A DNA stretch of 61,420 nt, counting the filler, from Piptocephalis cylindrospora (lineage: Eukaryota), in NCBI GenBank assembly GCA_003614145.1. It is 17 parts of 17 records of this genome, joined end to end, with 100 filler letters (N's around TTAATTAATTAA, not from the genome) between each part and the next. Parts side by side here need not be neighbours in the genome. Positions count along the whole stretch, not along the records: positions 36,506 to 40,022 come from KZ988673.1; positions 40,123 to 43,634 come from KZ988674.1; positions 43,735 to 47,134 come from KZ988675.1; positions 47,235 to 50,737 come from KZ988676.1; positions 50,838 to 54,339 come from KZ988677.1; 12 more parts are not named here. The stretch is one strand, 5' to 3'. The notes beneath the pieces were generated by a model, which worked only from the letters and a program-made list of their open reading frames with translations, was not told where the DNA came from and searched no databases. Each line of letters opens with the position of its first letter. The first letter of the stretch is position 1. The position numbers were made by a program, and so were the translations under genes. Below, in pieces: positions 37,575 through 50,893 of this stretch.

Positions 37575-38124
37575 GATGAAAAGGAGGAAGAGAAGATGAG
37601 GGTTTCGAGAAAGGATGGTCAAGATGGGAGATGATCTAGGAGGTTGTGGGAGGGGTACCAAGTCACTCGATCCAAGAGTTATCGATTATCATCTATGCGC
37701 CGCTGCTTTTTCCTTTGTTGAGGGCCTCACGGCCGAACGGATGCATGAGACGGAAGATATCGGAACACCCCAAATTCCCTCATGATTGGCCTGTCAGAAA
37801 TAGACTGGAAAGTGAAAATTTGACCCGAGTTTCGGGGTTTAAAAGGGAAAATTCGCTGAGCGTGTGCAGCGTTGTATGCTGAAGTGCTAGTGGCATTCCG
37901 TCGTTTACTACTACTACTACTACTACTACTGAAGCATTAACGGCTCTGCGGTGGATTCATAGAGACTGCGTTAAGATTTTCTCATTTCCCTGTAGATGGA
38001 GAGAGAGAAAGAGAGAGAAAATTATTCGGCACCTACTCTCATGTCGATCTACTATCATGGCCATGCACGGATGACCGAGAGTGGTTTATTGCACTCAATA
38101 CCTGTCCATGAATGAAGCTGACAT

Positions 38125-38705
38125 TTACTCTTTCTTGGAGCCCTCTTGCACCAAAGCAGTAATGTGTGGATTGACGTAATGCCCCTCCAGAGCCTTTGGG
38201 GAGAGGTAAGACGCTCCTTGAACATCTCCAATGCACTGAGTGGAAGGGAGCGGACGGGAGCGGACGGGATGATTAGTATTGACCGGCCGACCTATCCTCT
38301 TCTCATAGAGGGAAGAGCACTCACCTGTTCCGACCCACACCAGCAAGGAAAGACCTGGGTGACCTTCCATTCCGTACTGGGGTAAAAGTAGGTGAGCTCT
38401 TCCCCTGCCTCAATATCCCGGGCGGCCCGAACCTCCATGGTCACGGTGTCAAAGAGTGTGCTGGGTTGACAGCTATGGTTGGTGTACCTTAGATCCGAGT
38501 CTAGTTCAATATGCGCCTCCCGACCCACCTGGACTGTGGAGTAGACAGGGGCACTGGACGGGTGGGATACTCCCAGTGAGCCTATCCTTTCTCCCTCGAT
38601 AAAGGGCCTGGATGCCACGAGTTTAGACATGAAGGATTCTGGATCGTTTCCAAACTGAACCGTAAAGGCTTCTGGGTTGCTCGGAGCGTATGTGTTGTTT
38701 GACAT
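38125..38705 (-). CDS. Small stand-alone SET + post-SET domain protein; intron 38324-38236
   Basis: YTNHSCQPS, ARDIEAGEELTYFYPSTEW and post-SET FPCWCGSEQ-C. About 163 aa. Confidence 0.88.
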
Positions 38706-39820
38706 GGTAAGTACGAGGGAAGAGAAGGGGAGAGGGGTCAGAGGTTGGGGGGAATGATCCAAGTGAAAGAGAAGAAGAAAGGGGGAAATGAGGCACGGAT
38801 CACCGGGGATGCGTATCCCGAGAAAGTGGATAATGACGCGTATGGGTATGTAGGGGATAAGGCGGTGTTCAGTCCAGCCCTTCTCCTTGAGAGAGATGTT
38901 TTTTCCCAGGCCTGACACAACTCACACCATAGTGAAATAAATTTTCAAATGTTAGTATTTATCCTTTATTTATCTATGCTAGCCTCTTGGTAAGGTTGGG
39001 TCCCTGTTTCGATATACATCGTCCCCAAGCCCATCCCATGTCTCCCTCTCTCATTATCCACTGTGCCTACGTCCATTCTGTAGGTCTTCCTTGTCATACA
39101 TTGCACCTGCATTTGTCCTGCCTACCCTGGACTTGCTCTAAAAAAACCCCTGCTCCCATCGCCTTTACCCTCGTCCATCGAAAGAGAATGCTGGCTTGGG
39201 CCGACAAGAGAGGATAGAACAGTATGTCGTCCTTTAGCTGTCTCACCCTTATACACATTGGTCTGTGGTTCTATATATCCTCCTTGCATACACTTTAGTC
39301 AATGTCACTTCTCTTCTCGGTGGATAACAATAATACTCTACCCACAGGAACAGTAGATAGACACATGTGAGTGTGGTATAAGCTTGATCCATATACTGAA
39401 GGTATCTGCAATCAAATCCCCCCTTTTTAGCCCTTCCCCAGCCAATCTCTTCATTCTCTCCCACACAACTCCACCTCTAATCATCCCAGGGATACCTGAC
39501 TTACAGTGCCAAGTTCCTCGTGTGTGTCACAACCCTCTCCCGTCTCCCACCTCTCATCTCCAATGCCCGAGTAAGAGAGGCTAATGATTTCCTCTATTCC
39601 TCTCTTCCCCCCTTTAATGGATCATGGATGGCGTAAGAATCGCCTTGCTTTTATAGGAGCGATGGAGGGGCTCCAAGTGCAACGCACACATGTTTCCTCT
39701 TGGAATATCTCCCCTTTTTCCTTTTTCTTTTCCTTTTTCTCTCTCTCCCCCCTCCATCTCTATTTGATTCTACATCGCTACTGCCACCATCACCACCGCT
39801 ACCGCCATCCCCATCACCTT

Positions 39821-39855
<35 letters not shown>

Positions 39856-39918
39856 CCCCCCCCCGCGCCCCATTTAAAAAAAAAAAAAGACTAGAGTATA
39901 AATTTTTGTGTTTTCTTC

Positions 39919-39952
<34 letters not shown>

Positions 39953-40569
39953 CCTTTTTTTTTTCCCCCCCCCCCCCCCCCCCCCCCCCCCCTTTCTCAC
40001 TTTCACATGCCATGACTTTTGCNNNNNNNNNNNNNNNNNNNNNNNNNNNNNNNNNNNNNNNNNNNNTTAATTAATTAANNNNNNNNNNNNNNNNNNNNNN
40101 NNNNNNNNNNNNNNNNNNNNNNATCCACCAAGCTTTCCTAAACGCGCGCTCACACTTTCGTGATACTACAGAGGCCTCCCATGCATAAATACCCAGAGGT
40201 GTTGCCAACTCGTGCCCAAGGTCACCCCTACTCACACTACCTTCCCCCACATATTCTTCCTTTCTTTCACACTTCCTCCCTTCCTCCTTTCCATCTTTCT
40301 TGTTATTCTTTCTCTAGTCTCCCGAGAAAGCTCTCCAAAGGTATAAGCTGATTTTCTATTGTGTGCTCTGGGTCACTGCTACTTAAGCGGAAAGTAGGAA
40401 GATTGACCCAAGCGGCCAATAGCCCAAAAAGGCCTCTGTAGTATCACGAAAGTGTGAGCGCGCGTTTAGGAAAGCTTGGTGGATGGGCAGGTGTGCGAGT
40501 ATCGGCGAAAGTCGCCGCTTTATCTATATAAATGGATGGGTAGGTGTGAGTTCAGTGTGTGAGTTCAGT

Positions 40570-40615
<46 letters not shown>

Positions 40616-40998
40616 ATAGTCCTCCCAAATCCCAGGCCCAGAGCCTCTGAATAATTAGCATGAGAGTGTATCTCCCCTCCCTCACACACCTGTCCATTCT
40701 ACCAAGGAGGAAGAGGAGAGGAAAGGACGTGCAGCCCATTGCTCTCCCCACTCCGCCTGCCTAGTCGTTTCCTATTGAAGGCTTCATAGTCCGAAACCCC
40801 CATTCGTTAGTACAGTCGGTTGGGCATCAAGGCAAGAGCTCCAATATGATGACCCCAGACGATTAGGACGTCACCTGTGTGTATCCTCTCCACTTCATCC
40901 TCCTGCCACGCTCGCCATCCTGCTTGCTTCTCTTGCGTCTGACCATTCCGTCCTTCCCTTCTCTTTCCTCCCCTCCCTTCCCCTATATACCAGGTATT

Positions 40999-42329
40999 AT
41001 GCCATTCTCTGCGGAGCTCATCGATGGCCTGGCAGCGGCTACTTCCCCTGAAGCCTTTAAGAGTTTCCTAGCCAGGACCGGGACCATGACTTCCGCCGAT
41101 CGTGTGAAAGAGTACATAGACTATGTCTTTACCCAACTTCCCCTCGTATCATCCCGCTATGCCTTGGATGCCTTGATTGGCCAGTACACCGGGATGGAGC
41201 CCGAAGTCCGAACGGCCCTGACCCAGGCTTTTGAGACGCATGCCGCTACTTTGGGGTACAATTACGCTGACCAAGCCTCCAATCTTTACCGAGTCCAGGC
41301 TTCTCTGCACGAGGAAAGGGAGGAGTGGGGCGAAGCTGTGGCGTGCATACTTCGCGTCCCCATCAATTCGAATCGCCGAACCATTGGGGAAGAGGAGCGA
41401 CTATCGCATTACACTCACTTAATGCGACTTTACCTAGAGGATGAAAATGTGTCTCAAGCACGGGTCTATCTCAACAAAGCATCCTCCCTTCTCACCTCTG
41501 AAATCCCTACCTCCTTGGCCCTATCCTTTACCCTGTACAAGGCGCGAATTCTGGACTTGACGGGCAAGTACCTGGACGCAGCCTTTCGTTACCGAGACCT
41601 AAGCTACGAGACCTCCCTTGACCCGGAGGACCGATACCAATCTCTGTATGCACCCTACTGCGTAGGAGGAGGAGTGACAGTGGATGATTGCCCATCATGT
41701 CTAACGATGAACTCACCCTTTATGTACCCCCTATCTTTAGGAGCCGAGCTGTCCTCTGTGCCATCCTAGCCCCGGCTGGGCAGCAACGTGTCAAGATTCT
41801 CTCTACACTTTACCGAGACGAGCGAGCCTCCTCTCTTTCCTACTACGAAGCACTGACATGTGTATTCCAGGATCAGATCCTCCGGCCTGTGCATACTAAT
41901 TTACTAGTAGCAGCTCTCTTCCCTCACCACTTGGCCCAGGGCAAGGATGGACGGTCACCCCTGGATCACGCGGTTTTGGAGCACAATCTCCTGGCCTTAT
42001 CCCGCATGTATTGTACCATATCTTTTTCCTCTCTTGGCCGGTGGCTAGGAGTTGAGGCTGTAGAAGCAGAAAGACTAGCTAGTCGCATGATCCGGGAAGG
42101 AAGGGTGAATGCGCGCATCCATCAGGTTGATGGAATGATGCGGATCCCTTCTGACGGCTCCCTTCACCCCACCCCATCCACGAAAGAGGCACGGCTTTCC
42201 CAGATGTGCACGGAAACCGAAGCCGCTGTACGCAGAATTGGGCAATTGAACCCATCCTGGTTGGCTTCGGTGAGCGATGAGGCGCCCCTCGGCAATGATG
42301 AGGTCGAGAGAGGAATGGCTTTTATCTGA
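40999..42329 (+). CDS. CSN4: COP9 signalosome subunit 4; intron ~41646-41740
   Basis: VSSRYAL, RLYLEDE, YLNKAS, ARILD, AVLCAILAPAGQQR and AVLEHNLLALS, plus a PCI winged helix. Confidence 0.88.
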
Positions 42330-42766
42330 TTTGACACTGTTTCTAATGCATTTTTCTTCATGTCTGGATCAAAGAAATGGTCTTTGAGGCTAAGAACGTC
42401 ACCAGGGAACTGCGGGATGACAGGGCGACATCAATGCGCTCTGTACGCTCCAGTCCCATATCATCAAGGGATCAATGGAGATATTGGCTGGGGATGAGGA
42501 ACAATGGCAGATATCATACGATTAATAATTACTCTTCATTGTTTACACAATTGTGCGTCAATATAATGGTAACTGAGCGGGTAGGTTAGGAGGAGAATTC
42601 CCAGCTTGGGGTCGTCCCCAATCCATGATGTTATTTAAGGACAATCCATCCCAAGGTCCTTCTATCCACACGATCCCGACATTACCAATCCTTGCTTCTC
42701 TCCTACCTCCCTCTTCCCGTCCCACCGCCCCCTCACCTGTCCCTCCCACTCCTTTTGCCAAGTAGC

Positions 42767-43516
42767 ATGCCTCATCCTCGACAGCAAGCAGGTATTCCTC
42801 CGCACTTGGCCGTCCAGGGAGCTAAAGTTCAAGGTCAGCAGAGCCAGGCCCAGCCATCCGGCCAGTATTATCCTCCACAGCATCATGCGCCTGCCCCATC
42901 CCGAAATCATGCACCCTCCTCTGCCTCCACCAATTCCAACCAGGCCCCTCCCTCCCGGTCCACCCATGATGTTATCCTTGCCACTGCCGGGTATGATCGT
43001 ACCATTCAGTTCTGGGAAGCCTTGAACGGAGTGTGCTACCGGACCATTCAACACCCTGATTCGGTCAGTGGCGATCCCATGCCTTTTTCCTTGAGCAAAG
43101 AATGGAGGCTCTCTTTTACAACTCCACTCATACCCTCTCTCCACGATCTATAGCAAGTGAACCGGTTGGCCATCTCCCCGGATCGACGGTACCTTGCTGC
43201 CGCAGGCAATCAGACCGTCCGTTTGTACGATGCCCTATCCGCCCATAATACGCCTCTCACTTCATTCACCGGGCATAAAGGCAACGTCACTGGAATTGCC
43301 TTCTCCGCCGAAGGCACTTGGATGGCCACATCCTCTGAGGACGGAACCTTAAAGGTGTGGGATGTTCGATCCCCAGCTCTGCAGCGTAACTATGAGCACC
43401 ATGCTCCGGTCAACGATGTCATCTCCCATCCCAACCAGGGAGAGGTGGTCACGTGTGATCAAGCGGGTAAGGTCCGAGTCTGGGATCTTGGTGAGGAGAA
43501 ATGTCCCACGGAGATG
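42767..43516 (+). CDS. LST8: TOR complex subunit Lst8 (3'-partial)
   Basis: [52 protein letters not shown] and HPNQGE. Confidence 0.93.
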
Positions 43517-44336
43517 GTAAGGCGTCTGGGGGATGACTCGAATTTATGCATGTATTCCTACTGCCAATGACCTATCTCCCCCCTCCCTCCCGGTCCACCC
43601 ATGATGTTATCCTTGCCACTGCCGGGTATGATCGNNNNNNNNNNNNNNNNNNNNNNNNNNNNNNNNNNNNNNNNNNNNTTAATTAATTAANNNNNNNNNN
43701 NNNNNNNNNNNNNNNNNNNNNNNNNNNNNNNNNNGGATCTGCTCAATGAGATCTGGAGGCCATGGAAGGCTGTGTGTGTGTGGAGAGAGAGAGAGCCCCG
43801 CGCACGCGCGCACCACTGCTAGAGTGAAGAGTCGAGCAACTAAACATTTATAGCGGGGGTTGAAAAGCAGGCGGCTGCGGGGTCTGGAAGCGTTGTTGTC
43901 CACCCAGCTCACCACACCACACCCCACCTCTCATATCTCGGGGTCAAAGAGGTCCCAGGTCAGGGATGAGATGGCAGGCGAGTGTGGATCAGTAGAAGTC
44001 TCAGTTCGTAAGTAGGAGTGGGAAGAACAGGATCGTGATGTGGAGGAGAGATAAAAATATAGGGGTCTTTAAATGGTGAGTGCTAGGAAGGAAAGGTTCA
44101 GAGATCAACTTGCGTTTGGTCACTCATGAATGAGATAAACAATGGAGAAAGGATGATTCTTCAGGGAGAGCAGATGAAGCAATATACGCCTATGGGAAAC
44201 AGAACATGATGAGCCAAAGAAAACGACCTTTCATGTTGACCATACTGTTGACCAAGATCATTTTCCGTCACCCCACTGCTCTCTACTTCTCATGATAATC
44301 ATCAATCAACATATAAAAAGCCAAGATAAAGCCCAT

Positions 44337-47134
44337 TCACTCTCCCACAGGATGGTTGGGAAGAAGCTGAACCTTATCCTGATCCAGGACCATCTTGACG
44401 ACCTCCCCATCCCGGATGGATCCGTCAATGAGAGCTTTAGCAAGGGGATTGAGGAGCGATTTTTGAATGAGTCGGTTCAGGGGACGTGCACCATATGCTG
44501 GATCATAGCCCTTGTCTCCGAGCCACTGAACAACCGATGGATCCACCTCGAGGTTGATTCGTCGCTCACGTAACCTCGACCTAACATCCGCCAGACGTAG
44601 ATCAACAATGCCTTTGAGGGCGGAGCGAGAGAGTCGGTTGAAGAGGACCATTTCATCGATCCGATTGATGAACTCGGGGGCAAAGTGATGACGAACCACA
44701 TTCATCACCATTTCCCTTGTCTCCTCCCCTACCCCACCAGTCCCATCAGCGCCCCCAGTAGAAGAGGGTGCAGTAAGGGTAAAGGCTTCGGCGCCCAGAT
44801 TAGAAGTCATGATGATAAGGGTATTTCGAAAGTCAATCTTGACGCCCTTACTATCGGTGACCCGGCCTTCATCGAGAATCTGAAGAAGGAGGTTAGAGAC
44901 GTCCTTATGAGCCTTCTCCATCTCATCCAGAAGGACCACGGCATAGGGCCTTCGACGGACTGCCTCAGTCAACTCTCCTCCCTGTTCATACCCAATGTAT
45001 CCAGGGGGCGCGCCGATCAACCGGGAGACCGAGTACTTTTCCATGTACTCACTCATGTCCACGCGGATGATGGCGGACTCGGAATCAAAGAGAAGACGGG
45101 CCACGGCCTTTCACAGCTCCGTTTTACCCACACCCGTGGGCCCGAGGAAGAGAAAGGAGGCAATGGGACGGTTAGCACTTTGAAGACCTGATCGGGAGAG
45201 ACGAATGGCCTCGGACACGGATCTAATGGCCTCCTCCTGCCCAACAACCTGCTGGGACAAAGAGTCTTCCAAATGCAGTAGCCTTTCTTTCTCCCCTTTG
45301 ACCAGAGATTGGACTGGAATCCCGGTTCTTCGGGACACTACCCGGGAGATATCTTCGCTGGTGACCCGGTCGTGCAGTAAAGCCGGCTCTCCACCAAGCA
45401 CCCCGTCATCAGTGGCCGTTTCCTTAGGGAGCTTCCTCTCCAAGTCGGGGATAACCCCATACTGCAGTTCACTGGCCTTGGAAAAGTTACCCTGACGCTG
45501 TGCTGATTCCAAATCGATTTTAGCCTGTTCCAAGTTCGTTTTAAGCTGTTGAATCTCCTCAAGCTTTCCTCTCTCTTCTTGCCACACAGCGGTCAGAGAA
45601 TCGCATTCACTTCTCTTGGCCCTCAATTCCTCCTCAAGGGACTCGCGCCTCTCATTGGATGCTGGGTCCGAGTCCTTTTTCAAAGACTCCAGCTCAATTT
45701 GAATTGTCATGATCGCTCTTTCCAACTCCTCGATGGGCTCTGGACGGCTTTCCTGCTGGAGACGCAGCTTGGCGCATGCTTCGTCAATTAGATCAATCGC
45801 CTAGGTACAGGAGAGTGGGATGGAGTAAGGGGCTTTGCGATGCCTCTCTCATCCTTTCCTAATAATACACCCCGGGCTCATCTAGAAAGCAATACCTTAT
45901 CGGGCAAGAACCTATCGGTGATGTACCGCTCACTCTGGGTCGCTGCGGTAACTAACGCATTATCTGATATACGAACTCCATGATGCACTTCATATCGCTC
46001 CTTGACTATGCGTAAAGGAAAAGATAAGATGAGCCATTGGAATCCTCATCAGCACCGTATCCCCTTTTTATGGCAAATACATACGACCACGAAGAATAGA
46101 AATTGTATCAGGAATGGATGGTTCATCCACCTGTGAAATATACGAACATCAGCCGACATGATTAGTCTTTCCTTTTAAAACCAAGAGCTTCATCCCATAC
46201 TCCAGGGACTTACCATGACCGATTGAAATCTCCTAGCTAAGGCTGGATCTTTTTCAATGTGCTAAATACAGATGATTGATGAAATTCATGCTAGTGAATC
46301 AAACCGCCTCCTCTCGCCTCCCATTATTCCCTACAACTTACCAGTCTGTACTCATCAATGGTCGTAGCCCCACAACACCGAAGGGTTCCACGAGCCAAGG
46401 CAGGCTTGAGGAGATTGGAGGCATCCATGGCCCCCGAGCTCTTGCCTAGGCCCATAAGCATATGAAGTTCATCGATAAAAAGGATGACCTCCCCACTGGA
46501 TTGCTCCACATCCTTCAGGACGCCCTTGAGTCGCTCCTCGAATTCACCCTGATATTTTGCACCGGCCACCAAGGCCCCCAAATCTAGGGACACGACCCGT
46601 TTATTCTTCACCGACTCAGGTACCTCCCCATTGACAATGCGATGGGCCAAACCTTCGGCAATAGCTGTCTTTCCCACGCTGGTTTCCACAGTGTAAAGTG
46701 ATGGTCAGCAGGTGTTCTCTGATCAAATGGCCCCGGATCCACTTACCCTGCCTCCCCAATCAGTACGGGGTTGTTCTTGGTCCGTCGGGAAAGGACTTCG
46801 ATGGTCCGTCGAATGACCTCGTCCCGTCCAATAACGGGATCCATCTTTCCTTGCGCGGCCAGTTCAGTCAAGTCCAATCCATATTGCTTGAGGGAATCCC
46901 CAGGTTTGGGCTCTTCTTGCCCTCCCATCTGGAATCCACCTGCATAAGAGATGGATGAGCCCGTGTCTATGATGTAGCACACACCAGAGCTTGTCACACT
47001 TACCTGGTTGAGCCGCCAGACCGCGCGTCCCAAAAGGCCCCCATAGCCCAAGGGGTCTTCGCAAGGAAAAGGCGATGGGATGCTGCTGGGAGAATAAAAT
47101 ATTATGATGTGAGGAGGCAACGGAGGAAGGGGTA
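44337..47134 (-). CDS. HSP78: Mitochondrial ClpB-type disaggregase (5'-partial, multiple introns) with an in-frame TGA at 45113-45111
   Basis: No N-domain. Motifs [70 protein letters not shown] and YGARPL. Confidence 0.92.
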
Positions 47135-48345
47135 NNNNNNNNNNNNNNNNNNNNNNNNNNNNNNNNNNNNNNNNNNNNTTAATTAATTAANNNNNNNNNN
47201 NNNNNNNNNNNNNNNNNNNNNNNNNNNNNNNNNNGTTCAGACTTCTACTCAGTGTCATTTCCTGCACATTTGATCATCACTACACGACAATACGTGTGTG
47301 TGCAAATACTAGAGATAGGGCAGTCGCCAACGAAACGAGGATATATTATTATTGTTATTTTAATTCTTGAGCAAGTATGTGCATTTCCCTCCCCACACTG
47401 TCAGAGCGGGGGGGGGGACACCAAGGCTTTCCCATCCACGGACCCACAATTCGTCAGTTCAGGTCCAGCCATGGATGACGAGGGGAGGGATATTCAGGGT
47501 CTGTCGGGGGGGCGGGAGAGGGACTGCTGCAAGCGGGATCACACGCACATTCAGGTAGGCTATCATTGGCGACGGATCTGGGTTTGGAGACTAAGTGTGT
47601 GTGCGTGGACGGGAGGGGGGGGGGGAGGAGCAACCACCATACTTCTCCCATCATCAATACCGCTTCTCTCCACCCTTGGGAGAAGGTCATTCAGACCAGG
47701 TGACTTGAGCATGTGTGTGAATGAGGGAGACCGTGCCAAGTGGCCTTCCCTGAACCTGACGGCTATATAAAGTGCCAGGGAAACGGGTGAGACGAGCAGA
47801 CAGGCTTACCGGATCATCTTTTCCTTCCCATCTCTCTCGATATCACCCTCTTCTACTGCGCCTTTGTCTTCTCTCTCTCTCTCTCTCAACCTCTCCCCTC
47901 CTCTAGCCCCTGTCCACATCCCCTCTCTCCTAGCCAGGTCTCCTCTGAGCCGTGAATTAGGTAAGCCCTGTCTCTCTTCCTCTCCCATCCTTTCAGGTCC
48001 CAATCCATCCCATCAATCAATAATCCATCAGGGGGCGCACTTACTGTACAAACATATCGTCTGGACCCATGCACTTGAACGCACGCAAAAATACTGACAG
48101 CCTTCCCCCCCCCTCCCCCCCCTCCTTTCTCTTTCTCCTAGTGTCCTCTTGTTCACATTGTGCCTTTTGCCTTTTCCCCCTCTCCTCGGATCCCCTTGTC
48201 TGATCCTCTGACCATAAATATCTCCCTTTCTCGGCCTTTCTTTGTCCGTTCCGTTCCATTCCATCTCCTCTCATCTCATCTCATCTCATTCAGCAGCCTA
48301 TCCTATTTCATTTCTCCTCATTCATCATTTATCGCATCTTTCCGC

Positions 48346-50090
48346 ATGTCCACCACTCAAAGAACCTTTTCCTTCCTCGCTGCGCTACTCGCCGCAACCT
48401 CGGCTGGCACCGTCTACACCTTCTCTACATTCTCCACCCAGTTGGCCCATCGTCTGGCCTATACAGAGTTCCAGTTGGGTGTGGTGGCCACCTGTGGAAG
48501 CTATGGCCAATTCCTTAGTGGTCCCTTCCTAGGGCTGGCCGCTGAACGAATCGGTCCACGGATGTACGTTGGGCCTGGGGGATCATGGGGATGGCCTGTA
48601 GGCCCCAACCAAACTCTTACTCACCTCTTCACCTGAGTAGATCATGCATCATCGCCTCTGTCCTTCTCTTGTGTGGCTACTCGGGTCTCGCTTTTCTCTA
48701 CTCGGATACCACACCCTTTCATCACTTTCTCCTGGCCTCCCTATCCTTTTGTCTTGTCGGCATTGGATCCAGCCTTACTTCTCTTTCCTTCCTCTCCACT
48801 CTGGTAGGTCACTCATTTTTGAAGAGCGTTCCACAGCATCTCAGTAACTCATTCTCCCCCCCCCTCACTCACCACCCTTTCATTTGATAGAGTGTCAATT
48901 TCAGTCAGGCACGTGGTCTCATCATCGGGTTCCCCTTGGGAATCCTTGGTCTCTCTGGTTTCCTCTATGCTCGAACCAATGCGCTTCTCTTCATTCACGC
49001 TGATGACCCAACTTTCAGCTTTCTTCGCTTCCTGGCCATCACTACCTTTACTTCTGTTCTTACTGCCTCCTTTGGCCTTCGCTACCTGCCTTCCAATGCT
49101 CCCAAGGCTGAAGATGCTTCTGGGTCCGGGGATGAGAGAAGCACCGAAGTGGATCTGGAGATTGAGCAAGAGGAGGGGTATGAGAGGGATGAAGGTCAAG
49201 CCGTGGGGCCCTCCTCCCTCTCCCATAGTACCATAGCCTCTCCGAAATCCTCCCTTTCATCCTCCATCTCTGGGGACCCGGAGAGGATCCAAGATGCTCC
49301 CCTTGCCCATCAAGAAGTGGCTAGGGAGCCCGTTACCGAGTCCACTCGTCTTCTCAAATCCTCCACATCCACCCTTCTGCATCCATCCGATCCTCCAAAG
49401 ACAGCCACTTCCGTCGTCCGTGGATGGGAACTCATTGGAAATACGGACGCCCGACTACTTTTCCTTTTCATGGCCATCATCGGCGGTAGCGGCCTTATGT
49501 ACATTAACAGTGTGGGTCGAATCCTCGCCATCCTCCATCCCCATCTCACCCCGGACTCCCCCGCACTTCGATCCATCCAATCCCATCATGTGGCCATGCT
49601 CTCCTTCTTCAGTTTCTTTGGTCGGGTCGGCTTTGGATTTGGCTCTGATTTGACCCTTCGGTGGATTTCCCTTCGTCGGACCTCCTGGCTCGTCCTAGCC
49701 TCCGTTATCATGTTCAGCGGTAACTTTATTGCTGCCACCGGTCTCGGGGGAATCCAGGGTCTGAATATCTGCACTGCCACCGTTGGCATGAGCTTCGGGG
49801 CTATGTTCGCCGTGTCCGCCACCCTCGTGGGTGAATGGTTTGGCCCCACCGCCTTCAGCTCCAATTGGGGTATGCTCGGGTGTGGTCCGGCCATTGCTGC
49901 TCAGTTGGCCAATACTGCCTTTGGCATGGGATACGATCATGAACGTGCTCGCGGTTGTCATGGTGTTGAGTGCTACGGAGACGTCTTTATCGGTACCACT
50001 TTTGCTTGTATCGTCGCCATCTTTGCCTCCCTCACCCTCCTTCACCGTCGAAGGGCCATCACGCGCTCTGGATCCTTCCTATGCATCTAA
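48346..50090 (+). CDS. MFS transporter, Mch1/nodulin-like family (2 introns)
   Basis: AGTVYTFSTFSTQL, multiple TM segments, a long central loop, MYINSVG, EWFGPTAFSSNWG and C-terminal CHGVECY. Confidence 0.85.
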
Positions 50091-50410
50091 TTTCCCTATC
50101 CCCCTTCCCCCCTCCATCCTACCATGTGTGACTGCCCTCCTTTTTACTAATACATGATGTGTGGGGGCCTTGGTGTGTACCCAGCTTTGCTTTAAAATCA
50201 CCTTCTTTCTCTGCTGGCGCAAGTGACTTTCTATATGCTGTGGGAGAACACGGGGATAAGAAAGTGAAGAAAAAAAAGAAGGTTCATTGCAGTGTGATAC
50301 ACATAAAAGAAAAGATTGGCGTGTGTGTGTTTGTGTGTCTGTCTGATGTGTGTGTAAGGATAGAGGGAGGAAGAGAAAAGGAAAAATACCCCAACATCAA
50401 CACCAGGATC

Positions 50411-50737
50411 TCACCACTCAAAGTCCCCACTGGCCTTGTGAAAGACATAGTCCCTGCCATCCACGGTCATAATCCCGTCCTTCAGGACGCACTTCCACTT
50501 GTTCTTGGTTCGAGTCACCTTGTCATACGTGCACAGGATGATATTGGTGTCCTCCTCGGCCTCCTCATCCCGGTCATCTTCATCGTCCGTGTCATCCAGA
50601 TCGCTTCCAATCACATCATCTGGATCATCAAATCGACCCCCACTCTCCATCTGACGGGCACGCTTAGCCTTCTTCCGCTCTTCCTCCCTGCGGAGCCTCT
50701 CAGCCTCGGCGTCCTCGGCTTGTTCCAAGGTCCGTTT
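50411..50737 (-). CDS. TOA1: TFIIA large subunit, C-terminal fragment
   Basis: IGSDLDD...NIILCTYDKVTRTKNKWKCVLKDG...DYVFHKASGDFEW*. Confidence 0.95.
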   Translation of the reverse strand, partial: KRTLEQAEDAEAERLRREEERKKAKRARQMESGGRFDDPDDVIGSDLDDTDDEDDRDEEAEEDTNIILCTYDKVTRTKNKWKCVLKDGIMTVDGRDYVFHKASGDFEW

Positions 50738-50844
50738 NNNNNNNNNNNNNNNNNNNNNNNNNNNNNNNNNNNNNNNNNNNNTTAATTAATTAANNNNNNN
50801 NNNNNNNNNNNNNNNNNNNNNNNNNNNNNNNNNNNNNGGGGGGG

Positions 50845-50893
<49 letters not shown>

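Noticed and set aside
39820..39995. Poly-Pro/Gly/Phe ORFs here and at 7358-7460 and 50838-50892
   Set aside because: These are homopolymer runs near contig ends, low-quality sequence with no coding evidence.
40420..40450. U2 snRNA-like TGTAGTATC
   Set aside because: The flanking U2 stem I and the AGATCAAG context are absent on this strand.
40123..40484. Perfect inverted repeat (40123-40177 and 40430-40484) resembling MITE terminal repeats
   Set aside because: It is exactly 55 bp and begins at the contig's first base, which fits a k=55 assembly overlap or MDA inversion chimera.
43580..43634. Direct duplication of LST8 sequence 42945-42999
   Set aside because: It is exactly 55 bp and ends at the contig's last base, the same artefact signature.
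47745..47782. TPP-riboswitch-like CCCTGAACCTGA...AGGGAA upstream of the MFS transporter
   Set aside because: There is no CTGAGA junction and no P5 TAAT loop, and the stretch overlaps the probable TATA box.
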